Positions 49,446 to 63,400 of a stretch of 64,000 bases of DNA are shown piece by piece. The stretch covers positions 16,492,001-16,556,000 of the forward strand of contig CM069131.1 of assembly GCA_035221665.1 (NCBI GenBank), given 5' to 3'. The translations under genes and the position numbers were made by a program. The stretch's first letter is position 1; every line of letters begins with the position of its first letter. A model generated the notes under the pieces. It was given only the letters and a program-made list of their open reading frames with translations. It was not told where the DNA came from and made no database searches. The DNA is from Okamejei kenojei. Taxonomy: Eukaryota.

Positions 49446-50174
49446 TGCAGTTATACAGATTTTGAGCTTCAAACTGCACCAACCACTGAATCCAGGAGAA
49501 GTGAATGAATGGGCAAAGTTAAACATGCTAAATAGAAGAACATATCTGGCAGATTTAGCATATCTAAAAACTCTTGACCCTAGTTGTAATATTGGCTTTG
49601 GGCCAGTTGATCATCCATAGCCCATAGAATAGAGAAGGACATGCTGAGGGCAGCACCAGACATACTTCCGAGAGATGAGATGGCAGCCTAGTCATGCTCA
49701 AATATGGGACTATGTCGAACATCAGCAAGAGAGCAAGAGCGAAGCGATCTCACTTCTACCGGATCAGATCAAAGTTCTACTGTCCCACCACATCTGGCAT
49801 TGATTGGTAATAAAACAGGTAATAAGAGGAGGAGTCTCCAAGAATACCAACATCAGTCAGCCTGTACCTTCCCCTCTTTTGTACACTCATCTCCCATCCT
49901 GGAGATCCCTATTTCCTTTTAATCCATCCTCTTTTCCCCTCCTCCCTGCCACCTTCTCCCTTCCACCCATACCCCTCCCTTGGCTTTCACTCCTACTCTT
50001 CTCCCCTTACCAGACACCCTTTTGTCTCCTTTTTACCTCTAGCCTTTGTCACTTTTACCACCATCTGGCAATCAAACCTCCCTCTGCTATGTCCACCCAA
50101 CACTTGCCAGACTTTGTCGCTCTTGCACTTCTCCTTTCCAGCTTTCTCTTTCCTACTCCAATCAGTCTAAAGAA

Positions 50175-50488
50175 GGGCCACACAGTGGCATAGTGGTTGA
50201 GTTGTTGCCTTCCAGCGCCAGAGTCCCGGGTTTGATCCTGATTATGGGTGCCGCCCGGTTGGGATTTGTACGTTCTCCCAGTGACTGTGGGTTTTCTCCG
50301 GGTGCTCCGGTTTCCTCCCACACTCCAAAGATGTACAGGTTTGTAAGTTAATTGGCTTTGGTAAAATTCTGAATTGTCCCAAGTGTGTGTAGGATGGTGT
50401 TAGTGTACAGGGTGATTGCCGGCACGGACGTGGTGCGTCCAAGGGGCTTGTTTCCACACTGTATCTCTAAAGTCTCAAAGTCTAAAGT
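50175..50488 (+). mobile_element. V-SINE/HE1-like SINE inserted into a Penelope pseudo-LTR (~49900-50580)
   Basis: Full SINE that splits gtctaaagaaggg | gtcccgacccgag. Confidence 0.85.
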
Positions 50489-50863
50489 GTCCCGACCCGA
50501 GATGTTGCCAGTCCACTCCCTCTAAAGATGCTGCCTGATCAGCCAAGTTCCTTTTAGCAATTTGCATTTTACTGAAGATTCCTGTTTCTTCTGTCGACAT
50601 GCTCACTAGATATTGTCAGGACTACTCGGCTCCAGGAGATCGGCATTTTAGTCTAAACATCAAGCACAGGTGAGGTGAGAGTGACTGCTCTGGACAGCAG
50701 TGCAGCATTTGACCAAGTGTGGCATCAAGAACCCATGGCAAAACTAAAATGAATAGACATCAATGGGATAAGACTCAGATGGGTAGTGTTATATCTTACA
50801 GAAATAAAGAAACCCACTCGGGATCTGTGTGTGTGAAGAGAGAATCAGCATAGAGGGAAACTG

Positions 50864-51630
50864 CATTACTATCTAAATGGCGTTAAGTTGGGAAAAGGGG
50901 AAGTACAACGGGATCTGGGGGTCCTTGTACATCAGTCTATGAAAGTAAGCATGCAGGTACAGCAGGCAGCGAAGAAAGCGAATGGCATGTTGGCCTTTAT
51001 AACAAGAGGAATCAAATATAGGAGCAAAGAGGTCCTTCTGCAGTTCTACAGAGCCCTAGTGAGACCACACCTGGAGTATTGTGTGGAGTTTTGGTCCCCT
51101 AATTTGAGGAAGGACATTCTTGTTATTGAGGGAGTGCAGCGTAGGTTTACAAGGTTAATTCCCAGGATGGCGGGACTGTCATATGCTGAGAGAATGGAGC
51201 AGCTGGGCTTGTACACTCTGGAGTTTAGAAGGATGAGAGGTATCTCATTGAAACATATAAGATTGTTAAGGGCTTGGACACACTAGAGGCAGGAAACATG
51301 TTCCCGATGTTGGGGGAGTCCAGAACCAGGGGCCACAGTTTAACAATAAGGAGTAAGCCATTTAGAACGGAGACGAGAAAACACTTTTTCTCACAGAGAG
51401 TGTTGAGTCTGTGGAATTCTCTGCCTCAGATGGCAGTGGAGGCAGGTTCTCTGGATGCTTTCAAGAGAGAGCTAGATAGGGCTCTTAAAAATAGCGGAGT
51501 CAGGGGATATGGGGAGAAGGCAGGAACGGGGTACTGATTGGGGATGATCAGCCATGATCACATTGATTGGTGCTGGGTCGAAGGGCCGAATGGCCTACTC
51601 CTGCACCCATTGTCTATTGTTTATTGTCTA
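50864..51630 (+). mobile_element. CR1 LINE 3' portion
   Basis: ORFs 50888-51286 and 51274-51537 (QRDLGV..LVRPHLEYCVEFWSP..RFTRLIP) and a (tctattg)n tail. Confidence 0.92.
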
Positions 51631-51952
51631 TTGAAACCCAAGTTAGACAAAAAAGCCGGAGTAACTCAGCGGGTCAGGCAGCATCTCAGGAAAAAAAGAA
51701 TAGGTGACGTTTCGGGTGGAGACCCTTCTTCAGAGTGAGAGTCGGGGAAACCTATTTGATCTCATATTCACTAAGATAGCTACTAACGTCATGGACTGGC
51801 ACATCCCTTATTTCACTATTACCAGTCAGCCAGTGAACTATCGTGGTTCAGTAAGAAATGAAGAAGAGCATAGGCGGTGTCAGGCACAATAAGCACTGAG
51901 GTAGCAACTTGCTGAACCTACAACATAGGAGCAGCTGCATGCTAAAGAGTGG

Positions 51953-52500
51953 AAGATAGACACAAAATGCTGGAATAACTCAGCAAGACAGGAAGCATCT
52001 CTGGAGAGAAGGAATGGGTGACGTTTCGGGTCGAGACCCTTCTTCAGACTGAGAGTCTGGGGAAAGAGAAACGAGAGATATAGACAATGATATAGAGAGA
52101 TATGGAACAAATGAATGAAAGATGTGCAAAAAAGTAACAATTATAAAAAAAAACAGGCCATTGTTAGCTGTGGGCTAGGTGAAAACGCGTTACAGACAAT
52201 GAAACTCACCAGGGCGACAGTGAAAGAGAGCTCGAGTGGGCGAGAGAGACGGGGAGAGAGGGGATACAAGGCTTACTTGAAGTTAGAGAAATCAATTTCT
52301 ATACCACTGGGTTGCAAGCTGCCCAAGCGAGATATGAGGTGCTGTTCCTCCAATTTGAGTTTGGCCTCACTCTGACAATGGAGGAAGCGCAGGACAGAAA
52401 GGTCAGTGTGGGAATGGGAAGGGGAATTAAAGTGTTTGGCAACCAGGAGATCACGTAAGCCCAGGCGGACTGAACGAAGGAGTTCAGTGAAACGATCGCC
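51953..52500 (-). mobile_element. Penelope-like 3' fragment with pseudo-LTR; intact hammerhead core at 52016-52050
   Basis: Encodes KHFNSPSHSHTDLSVL...KLEEQHLISRLGSLQPSGIEIDFSNFK and contains agtCTGAAGAagggtctcgacccGAAAcGTCaccc on the minus strand. Confidence 0.87.
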
Positions 52501-55121
52501 CAGCACGAAACGCACACCTTCCCAGCTATTATCAGGCAACTGAACCATCCTACAAACAACGAGAGAACAGTCCTGAGCTACTGTCTACCTCATTGGAGAC
52601 CCTCAAACTATCTTTGATTGCACTTCATTGGACTTGATCTTGCACTAAACTTTATTCACATTATTCCCTTTATCATGTATCTGTACACTGCGGATGGCTC
52701 GATTGTAATCATATGTTACAGTTTAGTTTATTGTCACATGTACCGAGCTACAGTGAAAAGTTTTTTGCCGTGTGCTAACCAGTCAGCAGAAAGACACTAC
52801 ATGATTACAATTGAGCCATTTACAGTGTACAGAGCAAGATAAGGGAACAACGTTTAGTGTAAGGTAAAGCCAGCAACGTCCAATCAAGGATAGTCCGAGG
52901 TTCCAACAAAAGCTTTTGACTATACCTCGGTATACGTGACAATAAACTATAATCATACTTGTCACAATCCCTGCCTGACACATATGTCCTTCAATATTTG
53001 ACCAATTGAGTCAGAGTTTGCTTTGTCAGGAGCAGCTTGGCAGCAGCACCTATCCTCGCCCTGAGCTCATTCTGCGCCCTTGCTACTTTCAGCGTTCCTT
53101 CCAAGTGTGTTCAACACGGAGGAGAAGCACTGATTTATCAGCTGATGGATGATAGATGGTAATCAGGAAAACGTTTCTTTACACTTGTTTGACCTTGTGC
53201 CATGAGACTTCAATAGGATCTGGTTTCAATGTTGAAGATTCCACGAGTTACTCTTCCCAGCCTATGCCACCATCTCTGGTTGTTCTATTGTGCTAGTGGG
53301 CCAGAATGTGCAGAAGGATTGTGATAGAGGAGTCTGGCACATTGCCTGTAAAGTATGATTCTGTGAGTACAACTATATTGGGACTTTGTTTGCCAGGTCC
53401 ATGGGAAATTTATGCACCAGTCCCTAAATATCTGTGTGAACTTTGCAAGGTTCACTGAACTGAGACCAACATTATCAAGTCACAATTCAGTGCCTAGGTT
53501 GATCCCAGATGCCTGGCTGGCTTTATTCTTGCTCTATTTGAGCATAGCAAGAACAGCCTGAAGAATAGTCTCAGCCCGAAACATCATCCATTCCTTCTCT
53601 CCAGAGATGCTGCCTGTCCCGCTGAATTACTCCAGTGTTTTGTGTCTATCTGAGGTGCCTCCCATGTCATTTCAGTGGGCATTAATCACACAGGTGGGTC
53701 TGGAGTCACATGTAGGCCAGTCCAGGTCATGATGAAAGTAAACCAAATGTATCTTTACAACAAACTGATTATTTATGTGATCATCATTTCGATGATTATT
53801 TAAATTCCACGTTATTAACTGAATTTAAGTACTAAACCAGTTAGATGGGATTTGAACTCCGGTCTCTAGATCTCTGGTCCTAGTGTTTGGACTGCTAGCC
53901 TGAAAATTAACAGCCAACACCAGAACCGTAGTCTATTTGTGTCCTTGTCTGATGCCCAGAGAAATGTAGGGTGGTCCATCCAATTTTAACTGGAATATTG
54001 TGTTGTAGGGATCTGGGGTAGATGTTGTTCTATAATGTTGCTTGTATCATGGCTGCTTGAGTTGTGTTCTGCTGTATATGTAAGCATCTACGTTACAGTA
54101 GAGTTAATAATGAAGAACCCTTGACCTGTTGGCAGCCTTTGACCTCTCATGGTTGCTCAAATACCAGGTGCATGGTAACCTCTGCAGAATTAAGGAATTG
54201 TGAACGCTACCATAATAACTGGCATTGAGCTTCCCGGGGGTGGAATTCTGAGGTGATCACGAGTATTTAACGCATGGGCGAACACGCACTTCGGAAAGCC
54301 CATATTCTTTTTTGCTGCTTGTCGGAGAGAATGAGATTGTTTTTATCTGTGTGTAGAGAGTCCCGGTGACCTTTATGTAGCAGTGTGTATAGAAATATGA
54401 AATATTCCTCATATCTCCAGCAGCAGCTTGGGAAAAAAACCATATTGGTTTATAAATGACAATTAACTTGTTCAGAAATTACATTGCTGTCAATAAATCA
54501 GTTTTGTGCACTGATTACTTCCATGAAATCATGGCGCTGCATGCCGACAGGAGTTGTTGGGTGCAATTCCTCTCTCTGACATTGTGCACAAGCATCTTGG
54601 ACATTATTGCCATCAAACTGCGGAAGGATGACAGGTTTAGCATAACACTAACTTGCAAGCAGAACAAAAAAAAAAGCCCATTTCTGTCCTATTTACCAGG
54701 GAACCTGACGAAATAATATCAAGAAATTTCCTTCCATTCAAAGGGTTTAGACGTTGCTGTGGCGGTTCAGAAACTGGCTCCATGAACACTTTGGTCATGA
54801 TTGGAACTCTCACAAACTCTTACAGAGAGCCACCTTTTACAGGACTTTCTTTTTCACATTGCCCCTTCATATTTGACTTGCACCGCACCAATGTTTCTGG
54901 TTAGTAATCGTGTGTGGATGGGCACATTATGGCCTGCTCCTGTGCTGCACTGTTCCAGGAGTGTCAGTATCAATGCACCTCGAATTGTGATCTGCTCTTC
55001 TTGTGAGCATGTATCCTGGAGTGGAGTTAATAATGAATGTAATCGACATGGTCATGCAGTTTGGCAAGGTGGGTCCATTTTTCTTGGTTATCATATCGGT
55101 GGTTAAAACTGTACATTGACC

Positions 55122-55257
55122 AGACAAAATGTGTAGGAAGGAACTGCAGATGCTGGTTAGTCTGAAGAAGGGTCTCGACCCAAAACTTCACCCATTCCTT
55201 CTCTCCAGACATGCTGCCTGTCTCGTTGTGTTACTCCAGCATTTTGCGTCTATCTTC
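55122..55257 (+). repeat. Penelope-LTR-derived unit with a decayed hammerhead core
   Basis: agtCTGAAGAagggtctcgacccAAAActtcaccc. Confidence 0.75.
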
Positions 55258-55554
55258 TGTGCAGTGAGCCTTATGCAAGAAGGCATTACCCCAGACAGGG
55301 CTCCTATGTTTCCCACAAAATTGTGAACTGCTATGACTTTAACATTCACTGGCAATACTGGTGCCGTTGCTCAGCATAACTGCTCATTCCAAGCAAAGTA
55401 ATCAGCTGCAGCTTCCGCAGTGCTTAGTTATGTTGTCCACCTGCCCAGGTGAAAGGCTTTGGCTAATAAAACAATCCTTGCAGCAATGTGAATGTGGGTG
55501 TAAGAACTTCCAGTTTGAAGCCTGCAGAATTTCAAATCCTTAATCAAATGATCA

Positions 55555-58180
55555 TGTGATAGGAGCAGAAATAATCCATTCAGCCCATCAAGTCTACTCT
55601 GCCACTCAATCATGGCTGATTACCCCATTCTCCTGCCTTCTCCCCATATCCTTTGATACCTGTACTAATCAAAAATCTATCTATCTCTGCCTTAATTATA
55701 TCCACTGGCTGCCTCCACAGCCTTCGGTGGCAAATAATTCCATAGATTCACCACCCTCTGACATCCTCTCCACATCCACTCTATCCAAGCCTTTCACTAT
55801 TCTGTACGTTTCAATGAGATCCCCCCTCATTCTTCTATACTCCAGCGAGTACAGGCCCAGTGCTGACAAATGCTCTTCATATGTTAATGGTGACATATGA
55901 ACACAGTATGTCCCAACAAAAAGATGAATACAGAGGAAGATAACATATCAAATGGGAAAAAATACATTCCAATTCTATAAGTCTGAAATAACAACAGAAA
56001 AATGTTAATGCTAAATGTTTGGCATTTTCTGTTTAAGACATTTGGCCCATCGAGTCATTGATTCAAGGCTGATCTATTTTTCCTTCTCAACCCCTTTCTC
56101 CCGCCTTCCCCCCATAACCTTTGCTGCCTTTCCTAATCAAGAACCTATCAATGTCTGCCTTAATGTCTTGGCCTTCACAGCCGTCTGTGGCAATTAATTC
56201 CACAGATTCACCACCCTCTGGCTAAAGAAATTCCTCCTCATCTCCATTGTGAAGGTACGTCCTTTTATTCTGTGGTGGTGCCGCTGGTTACGGGCTCTCC
56301 CATTACCGGAAACATCCTCCCCACATCCACTCTACCTAGGGCTTTCATTATCCGGTAGGTTTCAATGAAATCCCCCTCATTCTTCAAAACTCCAGCGAGA
56401 ACAGGCCCAGAACCTTCAAATGCTCCTCACACATTAACACAATCGATTGTGGTTTTAGAAGGGACCATTCTCTTAAACCTCTTCTGGACCCTTTCCAAAG
56501 CCAGCATATCCTTCCTCAGATATGGGGGTCTAAACAGCTTATAATATTCTAAATGTGGCCTACCAGTGCGTGATAAAGCCTCAGCATTATATTCCTATTT
56601 TTACATCTAGTCCCCTTTAAATGAATGCCAACATTGCATCTGCCTATCTTATCACTGACTCAACCTGCAAATTAACCTTCTGGGAACCCTGTTCCACCAC
56701 TTCCAAGTCCCCTTGCACCTCTGATTTCTGAGTCCTCGCCCCATTTAGAAAGTAGTCTATACCTTTATTCCTCCTATCAAAGTGTATGACTGCACACTTT
56801 TCCACACTATATTCAATTTGCCACTTCTTTGCCCATTCTTCCAACCTGTCCAAGTCCTTCTGCAGACTCTCTGCTTCCACAACACTACCTGTCCCTGCAC
56901 CTATCTTCGTATTGTCCTCAAAATCGACCACAAAGCCATCAATTCCCTCATCCAGATCATTAACATTTAATGTGAAAAGTTGCGGATCCTTCACCTATCT
57001 GTAGTTGGTAAGTTACTGGAGAGTATTCTGAGGGATAGGATATACAGGCATTTGGAAGGGCTGATTAGGGATGGTCAGTATGGTTTTGTACGTGGGAGGT
57101 CGTGTCTCACAAATCTGATTGATTTTTTTGAGGACGTGACCAAAAAGGTTGATGAGGGCAGACCTGTAGACGTTGTGCACATGGACTTCAGGAAGGCGAT
57201 CGACGAGGTTCCACATGGTAGGCTGCTCTGGAAGGTTAGATCGCATGGGATCCAAGGAGAGATAGCTGAATGGATAGCAAATTGGCTCCATGGAAAGAAG
57301 CAGAGGGAATTTGCTTCTGAGACTGGATACCTGTGACTAGTGGTGTGCCTCAGGGTTCAGTGCTGGGCCCGTTTCTGTTAGTCATCTACATCAATGATTT
57401 GGATGAGAACATATAGAGAAAGATTAGCAAGTTTGCTGATGATACAAAAGTTAGTGGTTTTGCACATAGTGAAGATGGTTGCGAATGATTGCAGCAGGAT
57501 CTGGATCGATTGGCCAGGTGGGCTGAGGAATGGTTGATGGAATTTAATACAGAGAAGTGTGAGGCGTTGTATTTTGGGACGTCGAACGAGGGCAAGATCT
57601 ATTCAGTAAATGGTAGGCCTCTGGGTAGTATTGTAGAGCAGAGGGATCTAGGAGTACAGGTGCATGGTTCCTTGAAGGTCGAGTCGCAGGTAGATAAGGT
57701 GGTCAAAAAGACTTTTGGCAGTTTGGCCTTCATCAGTCAGAGTATTGCGTATAGAAGTTGGGAGGTCATGTTGCAGTTGTATAAGACATCGGTGAGACCG
57801 CATTTAGAATATTGTGTTCAGTTCTGGGCACCATTTTATAGGAAAAATATTGTCAAGCTTCAAAGGGTTCAAAAAAGATTGACCAGGACTGTTTCCACAC
57901 TGTATCACTCTATGACTAATCCCTGCGGAACAGCACCAGTCATCAGCAGCCTAACTGAAAAGACCCCCTTTATTCCCACTCTTTGCCTTCTGCCAGTCAG
58001 CCAACCTTCTATCCATGCTAATACCTTGCCTCTAATACCATGGGCTCCTATATTATTTAGCAGCCTTACATATGGCACCTTATCAAAGGCCTTCTGAAAA
58101 TACAATTACGCAGCATCCACCACCCACTCTCCTTTCTCATTGCTGCTTCTTATCTCCTTAAAGAACTCCAACAGATTTGT
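55555..58180. mobile_element. Cluster of CR1 LINE fragments in both orientations
   Basis: Minus-strand pieces at 55555-55887, 56040-56975 and 57915-58180. Plus-strand RT piece at 56985-57885 (QYGFVRGRSCLTNL, KFADDTK). Confidence 0.88.
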
Positions 58181-59246
58181 CAGTTTCTATATTAAGTGGA
58201 AGATACTGAGGTAAGCAGATGGAACAGTTCCATTTTGCAGATTTATATGTGCATTGCACAAAGTACCCTTGGATAATAATTTGTCCATTTACTGCTGGTC
58301 CATGAAGTAACACAGAATGGTTGAGACACCCAACACATCTGGCCGTATCTGTAGAATGAAAAGCAGAGTTAAGGTTTCAGGTTGATGATCATCTTCAACC
58401 GTTCATCAGAAGAAACCCTGAACATTAACTCTGTTTCTCTCTCCACAGATATTAACTGGCTTTAATGCATTTTCTGTTTTATTTTAGATTTGCAACATCT
58501 GTGGTATTTAGCTTTGGGATTAAGCTTGCCTGTGCTGAAACCTATCAGGCCTTTACTGCTAATCAGGCATATTCTGCAAGAACTCTGAAAACAGCAACTT
58601 AAAATAAAAACCTTGATATATTTACTTCTTCAGACGTAAGAGCTCTACAACGTAATTCAGCTAAGTGAAGCCTGCTGGTGTAATGGCACTTAAGACAAGT
58701 TGCAGATTCAGCACATTTGTTACTGTGGCTTTTTTTTGCAACTTAAACTATGTCAACACTGCTTCATTTCTAAGATGACAAATCTGCTAATTCAAGCCAA
58801 CTGCCTGAACTAAATTAATATTGTAGTTACTTGTCCAGAGAGGCTTTAGGTAAAGTCTGCAGGTGCAGAAATTTAAATCTCACCAGTGGAATTAAGTGCA
58901 ATTAATAACATAACTTTGGATTAACAAGTAGAGGTTTATAAATTCTATGGTAAACATTTTTACGTGTGAGGTGAATATTTTGTACAAAGCCTGATCCAGA
59001 ATGTCACTCCAGGAATCCCAAGTACATGTGTAGACATCGTTGGTACACAGACCAACAGCAAATTGTATATAACATTTGTTATGGAATTTCTTTCTCGAAA
59101 TTCTACTACATACACAAAGCTTTCAAGCAGCACAACCTAACTAAAGAAGTTTTCAATCGAGGTAGTGGAACCTGGTTTAATGTTATTTTCAGGGTCAAAG
59201 TCTACCTGGTGAGCTTCTGGTACCTGAGGCCTTCATCTGACTCTAA

Positions 59247-59776
59247 AGGGCCTGTTCCACTGCGACGACCTAATTGGCGAGTTTAGAAGAGTTCGCCCTC
59301 GACTCATACTCGCAGCATGGTCGACACAAGATCCTAGGAGGTCTTTGTAACTCTCCTTCATGCTCGAGAGTAGGCCCAGCGTACTCAAGGCCTCAGCTAG
59401 ATCACGGCATATTTATTAACATGCTGAAAAATGCCCGCAAGTAAAAAAAGGTCGCCATGGAAGAAATCGATATTGTTTTTACTCGTAGGTTTAGTCGAAG
59501 TAGGTCGTAAAAGGTCGGCATGCTATTCGTAGGTAATCTCGAGGGTAGTCAAAGGTAGTCGAAGGTAGTCGTAGATAGTTTCAACATTGTTGAAGGGAGG
59601 TCGAAGGAGATCGTCTTCACTCTCCACTATTCGGTGTCCAATTTTCCCGAAGCTAATCAAAGCTAGTCTTCAACATAGCCGAAGGAGGTCTTCTAGATTG
59701 TCGAAGGAGGTCTTCAACATGAAACTTTTTCAAACTCTTCTAAGCTCGCCAATTAGGTCACCACAGTGAGAAGCTA
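59247..59776. mobile_element. MITE with AGGGCCTGTTCCAC left end and ~45-bp TIRs (right end decayed)
   Basis: gacctaattggcgagtttagaagagtt mirrors aactcttctaagctcgccaattaggtc. Internal (gtcgaaggtag)-like repeats. Confidence 0.78.
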
Positions 59777-59927
59777 TTAATGCTCTTTGGAGAGACGACA
59801 TCTGCCATCCTTACCCAGTCTGGCCTAAGGTTGACACAAGACTCACCACAACGTGATTAGCTCTTCATTAGTTTCTGAAGTACTGGAATAGACATCAAGG
59901 TCAATAACAGAATTGTTTGCAATAATG

Positions 59928-60250
59928 GGGTGGCACAATGGCACAGCGGTAGAGTTGCTGCCTTACAGCTCGTGCAACGCCCGAGACCCAGTTTCGATCA
60001 CAACTACAGGTGCTGTCTGCATGTGAGTTTGCACGTTTTCCCCGCGATGCTTGGGTTTTCACCGAGATCTTTGGTTTCCTCACACATCCAAAGGACGTGC
60101 AGGTTTGTAGGTTAATTGGCTTGGTATAAGTGTAAATTGTCCCTACTGTGTGTAGCTTGTGTTAATGTGCGGGGATCTTTGGTCAGTGCAGACTCATTGG
60201 ACCGAAGGCCCTGTTTCCGCGCTGTATCTCTGAACTAAACTAGACTAAAA
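59928..60250 (+). mobile_element. V-SINE/HE1-like SINE
   Basis: Head, core and (actaa)n tail. Confidence 0.87.
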
Positions 60251-60465
60251 CATAATTTTCCTCACACAAATATTGCAGAGATTATAAATACATTAAATTC
60301 TACAATATATGTATCGTACATATTTTGAGCATTCGTTTCATGACATCTTGAGAACAAGGTCACCTTTCTATATTCATTTCCAGTTATATTGCTGCACAGC
60401 AAGTCTGAAAAGTATTTTTATGTATTCCATTTGTGATAATATTGTAACAAATGTGTAATATGTGA

Positions 60466-63400
60466 TTTTACTTCGGAGTCACGTGAGTGACTACGTGAAG
60501 AACCCCGTACAGCCGTTTGTGCGTCATTGCGTCAGACGCTTTTGTGCAGACGACTGTGGAGCAGCGCGGCTCCTCCAACGGTAAGTCTAAAAAAGTTTCA
60601 GGTAAGTTCTATTTCTTACCCGTTCTAGGCTTCCGTCAGGAACCTCCGGGGTTCTTGCGGGATGGTCGCGAGGCCGATGAGTGAACCAGCCTAGGGCTTT
60701 GGGGGAAACCCTGGCCCGACCGCGGGAGCGGGGAGCTGGCGAATGTCAGGTTTGCGATCGCAGTCACTGATAACGCGGTCAGTGACTCCACATGTTGGTT
60801 CCCGGGGAGGGGATACCCGAGAATAGCCTGGGTTCCCGGTGGAGGGGAAACTCAAGTGTTTGCGGTTCCCAGACCGCAGTAGTCCCCAGAAAATGGGGTT
60901 TAATTCACGTAAATGAGTAGCCCGGGTGCCCGGGGATTGATTCCCGGGGAGGGGAAATTCACTTATGGGGTTCCCTAACCACAATAATCCCCAGGATATG
61001 GGGACAGCTGCCAAAATAGTCAGAGTAATTAAGAAAGATTTGATAGGTTCACCTCTGGGAATGAATTTAGAGAAACTCCTTTCGGCAGGAGGTGGATCAG
61101 TAGTAAAGTTTATGGCAATGACAGCCTATGGCAGAGGCTGAGCCAGCAGCACCTTTGTGAAGGGCTGCATCATGGGGATGCCAAGCTATGGCAGGCTAGC
61201 CTATGGGAAAGGTTGTGCCAGCAGCACCTTTATTCAAGGACTGCTCATGGGGATGCCAAGCTATGGCAGTCTAGCCTATTGGAGAGGCTGCCAGCAGTAC
61301 CTTTGCTCAGGACTGCTCACGGGGATGCTAAGCTATGGCAGGCTAGCCTATTGGAGAGGCTGTGCCAGCAGCACCTTTGCTCAGGGCTGCTTCATGAGAA
61401 CACCAAATCTATGGCAAATACTGGCCTATGGGAAAGGCCGCGCCAGTAGCACCTTTGTTCAGGGCTGCTTTATGGGCGCCAGCGGTACTTTCTTCAGGGC
61501 TGCTTTATGGGAATAGCTGTTTAGTAGGGTATTCCCATTTACAGTGATCATGGGGGATGAGGGGTCATTGTTAGGATAAGGCAATATAACAGAATCTGTT
61601 ACGTCTTAAACTATATTTGAGAAATTGGGCTCCTCCATCCAGCTAGATTAAGTCTATCAAATAGATGTTGGTATTCAATTGGCTGTGATGCCGGCCTGGG
61701 CAATAGATGGCAGTCAATAAATTCTGGTAACAGGTTTACTAGTTGTTAGATTAATTGTTAATAGTATAGATGTGATTCAGCTGTGCAAGTAAGACAACTT
61801 ATCTTGTTAAATGGTTAACTATTAAGTGCCTTATAAGTCATTGTTAACACACCTTGTTTCTCCAGGTGAAATTAATAAAGTCACAAGGATGGACAAACAA
61901 TATTCATTACTGCTCCAGTTGTTGTTAAGTAAATCTTTAATTATATTACAAAATGGTGCTAATGGCCCTAAATAGGAAATTGTGTCAGCAGTGCTTTTTA
62001 GTAGGCCTGCTTAAGGTCTCCCTCATGTAGGAGGAGAGCATGCTGCGTCAGTATTATTCTGACGCTGGGGCCATGGCAAAGTCGGCGTATTGCTGAAGCT
62101 GTGCCAGCAGCACCTTGTAACAGGGCTGCTTAATGGCTCCCTCATGTAAGAGGAGAGCATGTGGGATCGGTATAGTCTAATGCCGAGTCTGAGGGTATAG
62201 CCATAGAGCATGCCCAAGGGATTCAGGGCATATGCCCAGAGGTCTATGCCTGGCCAGAAAGTTACCATCCCAAACACATATGCAGTGAATACCGCTCTAA
62301 GGGGGACATTACAATTGGCCGTTGAATCTTCTATTCAGGTAAGACCTTTCCATAGGTGAAACCTGGAGGACAAAGCACAAGCTATTGGAATGAGCAAGGT
62401 TTCATAGTTTTGGTGATAATGCACCCCACGTCTTTATTGGCAGTAAGCGGTTCACTGAAGTTGGTGAAGGCTGAAGGCTGGCCAGAGGTTCCACGCACTG
62501 TACCTGTGCTACTCTACAATTAAGGGACCACTTACAGCTTGGTAAGGTGTACACTTAGTTATACATTACAAATGATTGAGACATTATCAGCTAATTTGAG
62601 GGGTCTAATCATGTAAAATGGTCGGTTCTAGCTTTTCAAGCAGGTTAGAATTGCGCAGGTTCAGTAGAAGGACCAAGATTGTCTTACAAGACTGGTTCGG
62701 AAATTGGGCCACAGTTGCTGTTTACGGCAGATACCAAGTTGCAAATATCATCTTGAGTTTGGAAATGGAGCAGATTTGCATGATTTGCAAAAAATGTCTG
62801 TTGTGGGTATCAACTATCTATAGACCCTACGGGCATCGTATGGGTTAAAGAGTGATTGGACAAATGTGCATATTGTGATGCTCAGGTTGATATATTATGA
62901 TGATGGCATATGTTAGTCACGAGGGTGCAATCAGTAAAAGACTGATGGAATGGTTACATATCTTGTTGTCACAGGAGAATCATCAAGTATAGGTTAATAT
63001 CAACACAGAATTGGTGTTGAATTACACTATATTATGAAATTCTGGTTAATGGAACACCTAACATGATTCATGTTTATTTCACTGGTTGCAAAATATGTGG
63101 CATTACAGTGGCGAAACGTACATTTTCGCTAAAAGGAGTAGGAAGGACTTATATGGCTCCCTCCATTTTGTTTTTCAATTGAGGGTTCAAATAAAGTAAT
63201 TAAGAGGCCGCTTAAGGTTCCTATTGAGTGATTATGCAAATTGATTCCTGATTTGTCGCGAATAATATAACCTTATTTGGTTATTTTAAACGTAATTTGC
63301 TGGTTCAGCCTGAGGCTTGGGAAATCAGTTGGTGCATGATAAACTCAAATTATGTTCTGCAGGTTTAATAAACTGCCCTAAGGTTTGGATTGTTACATCT

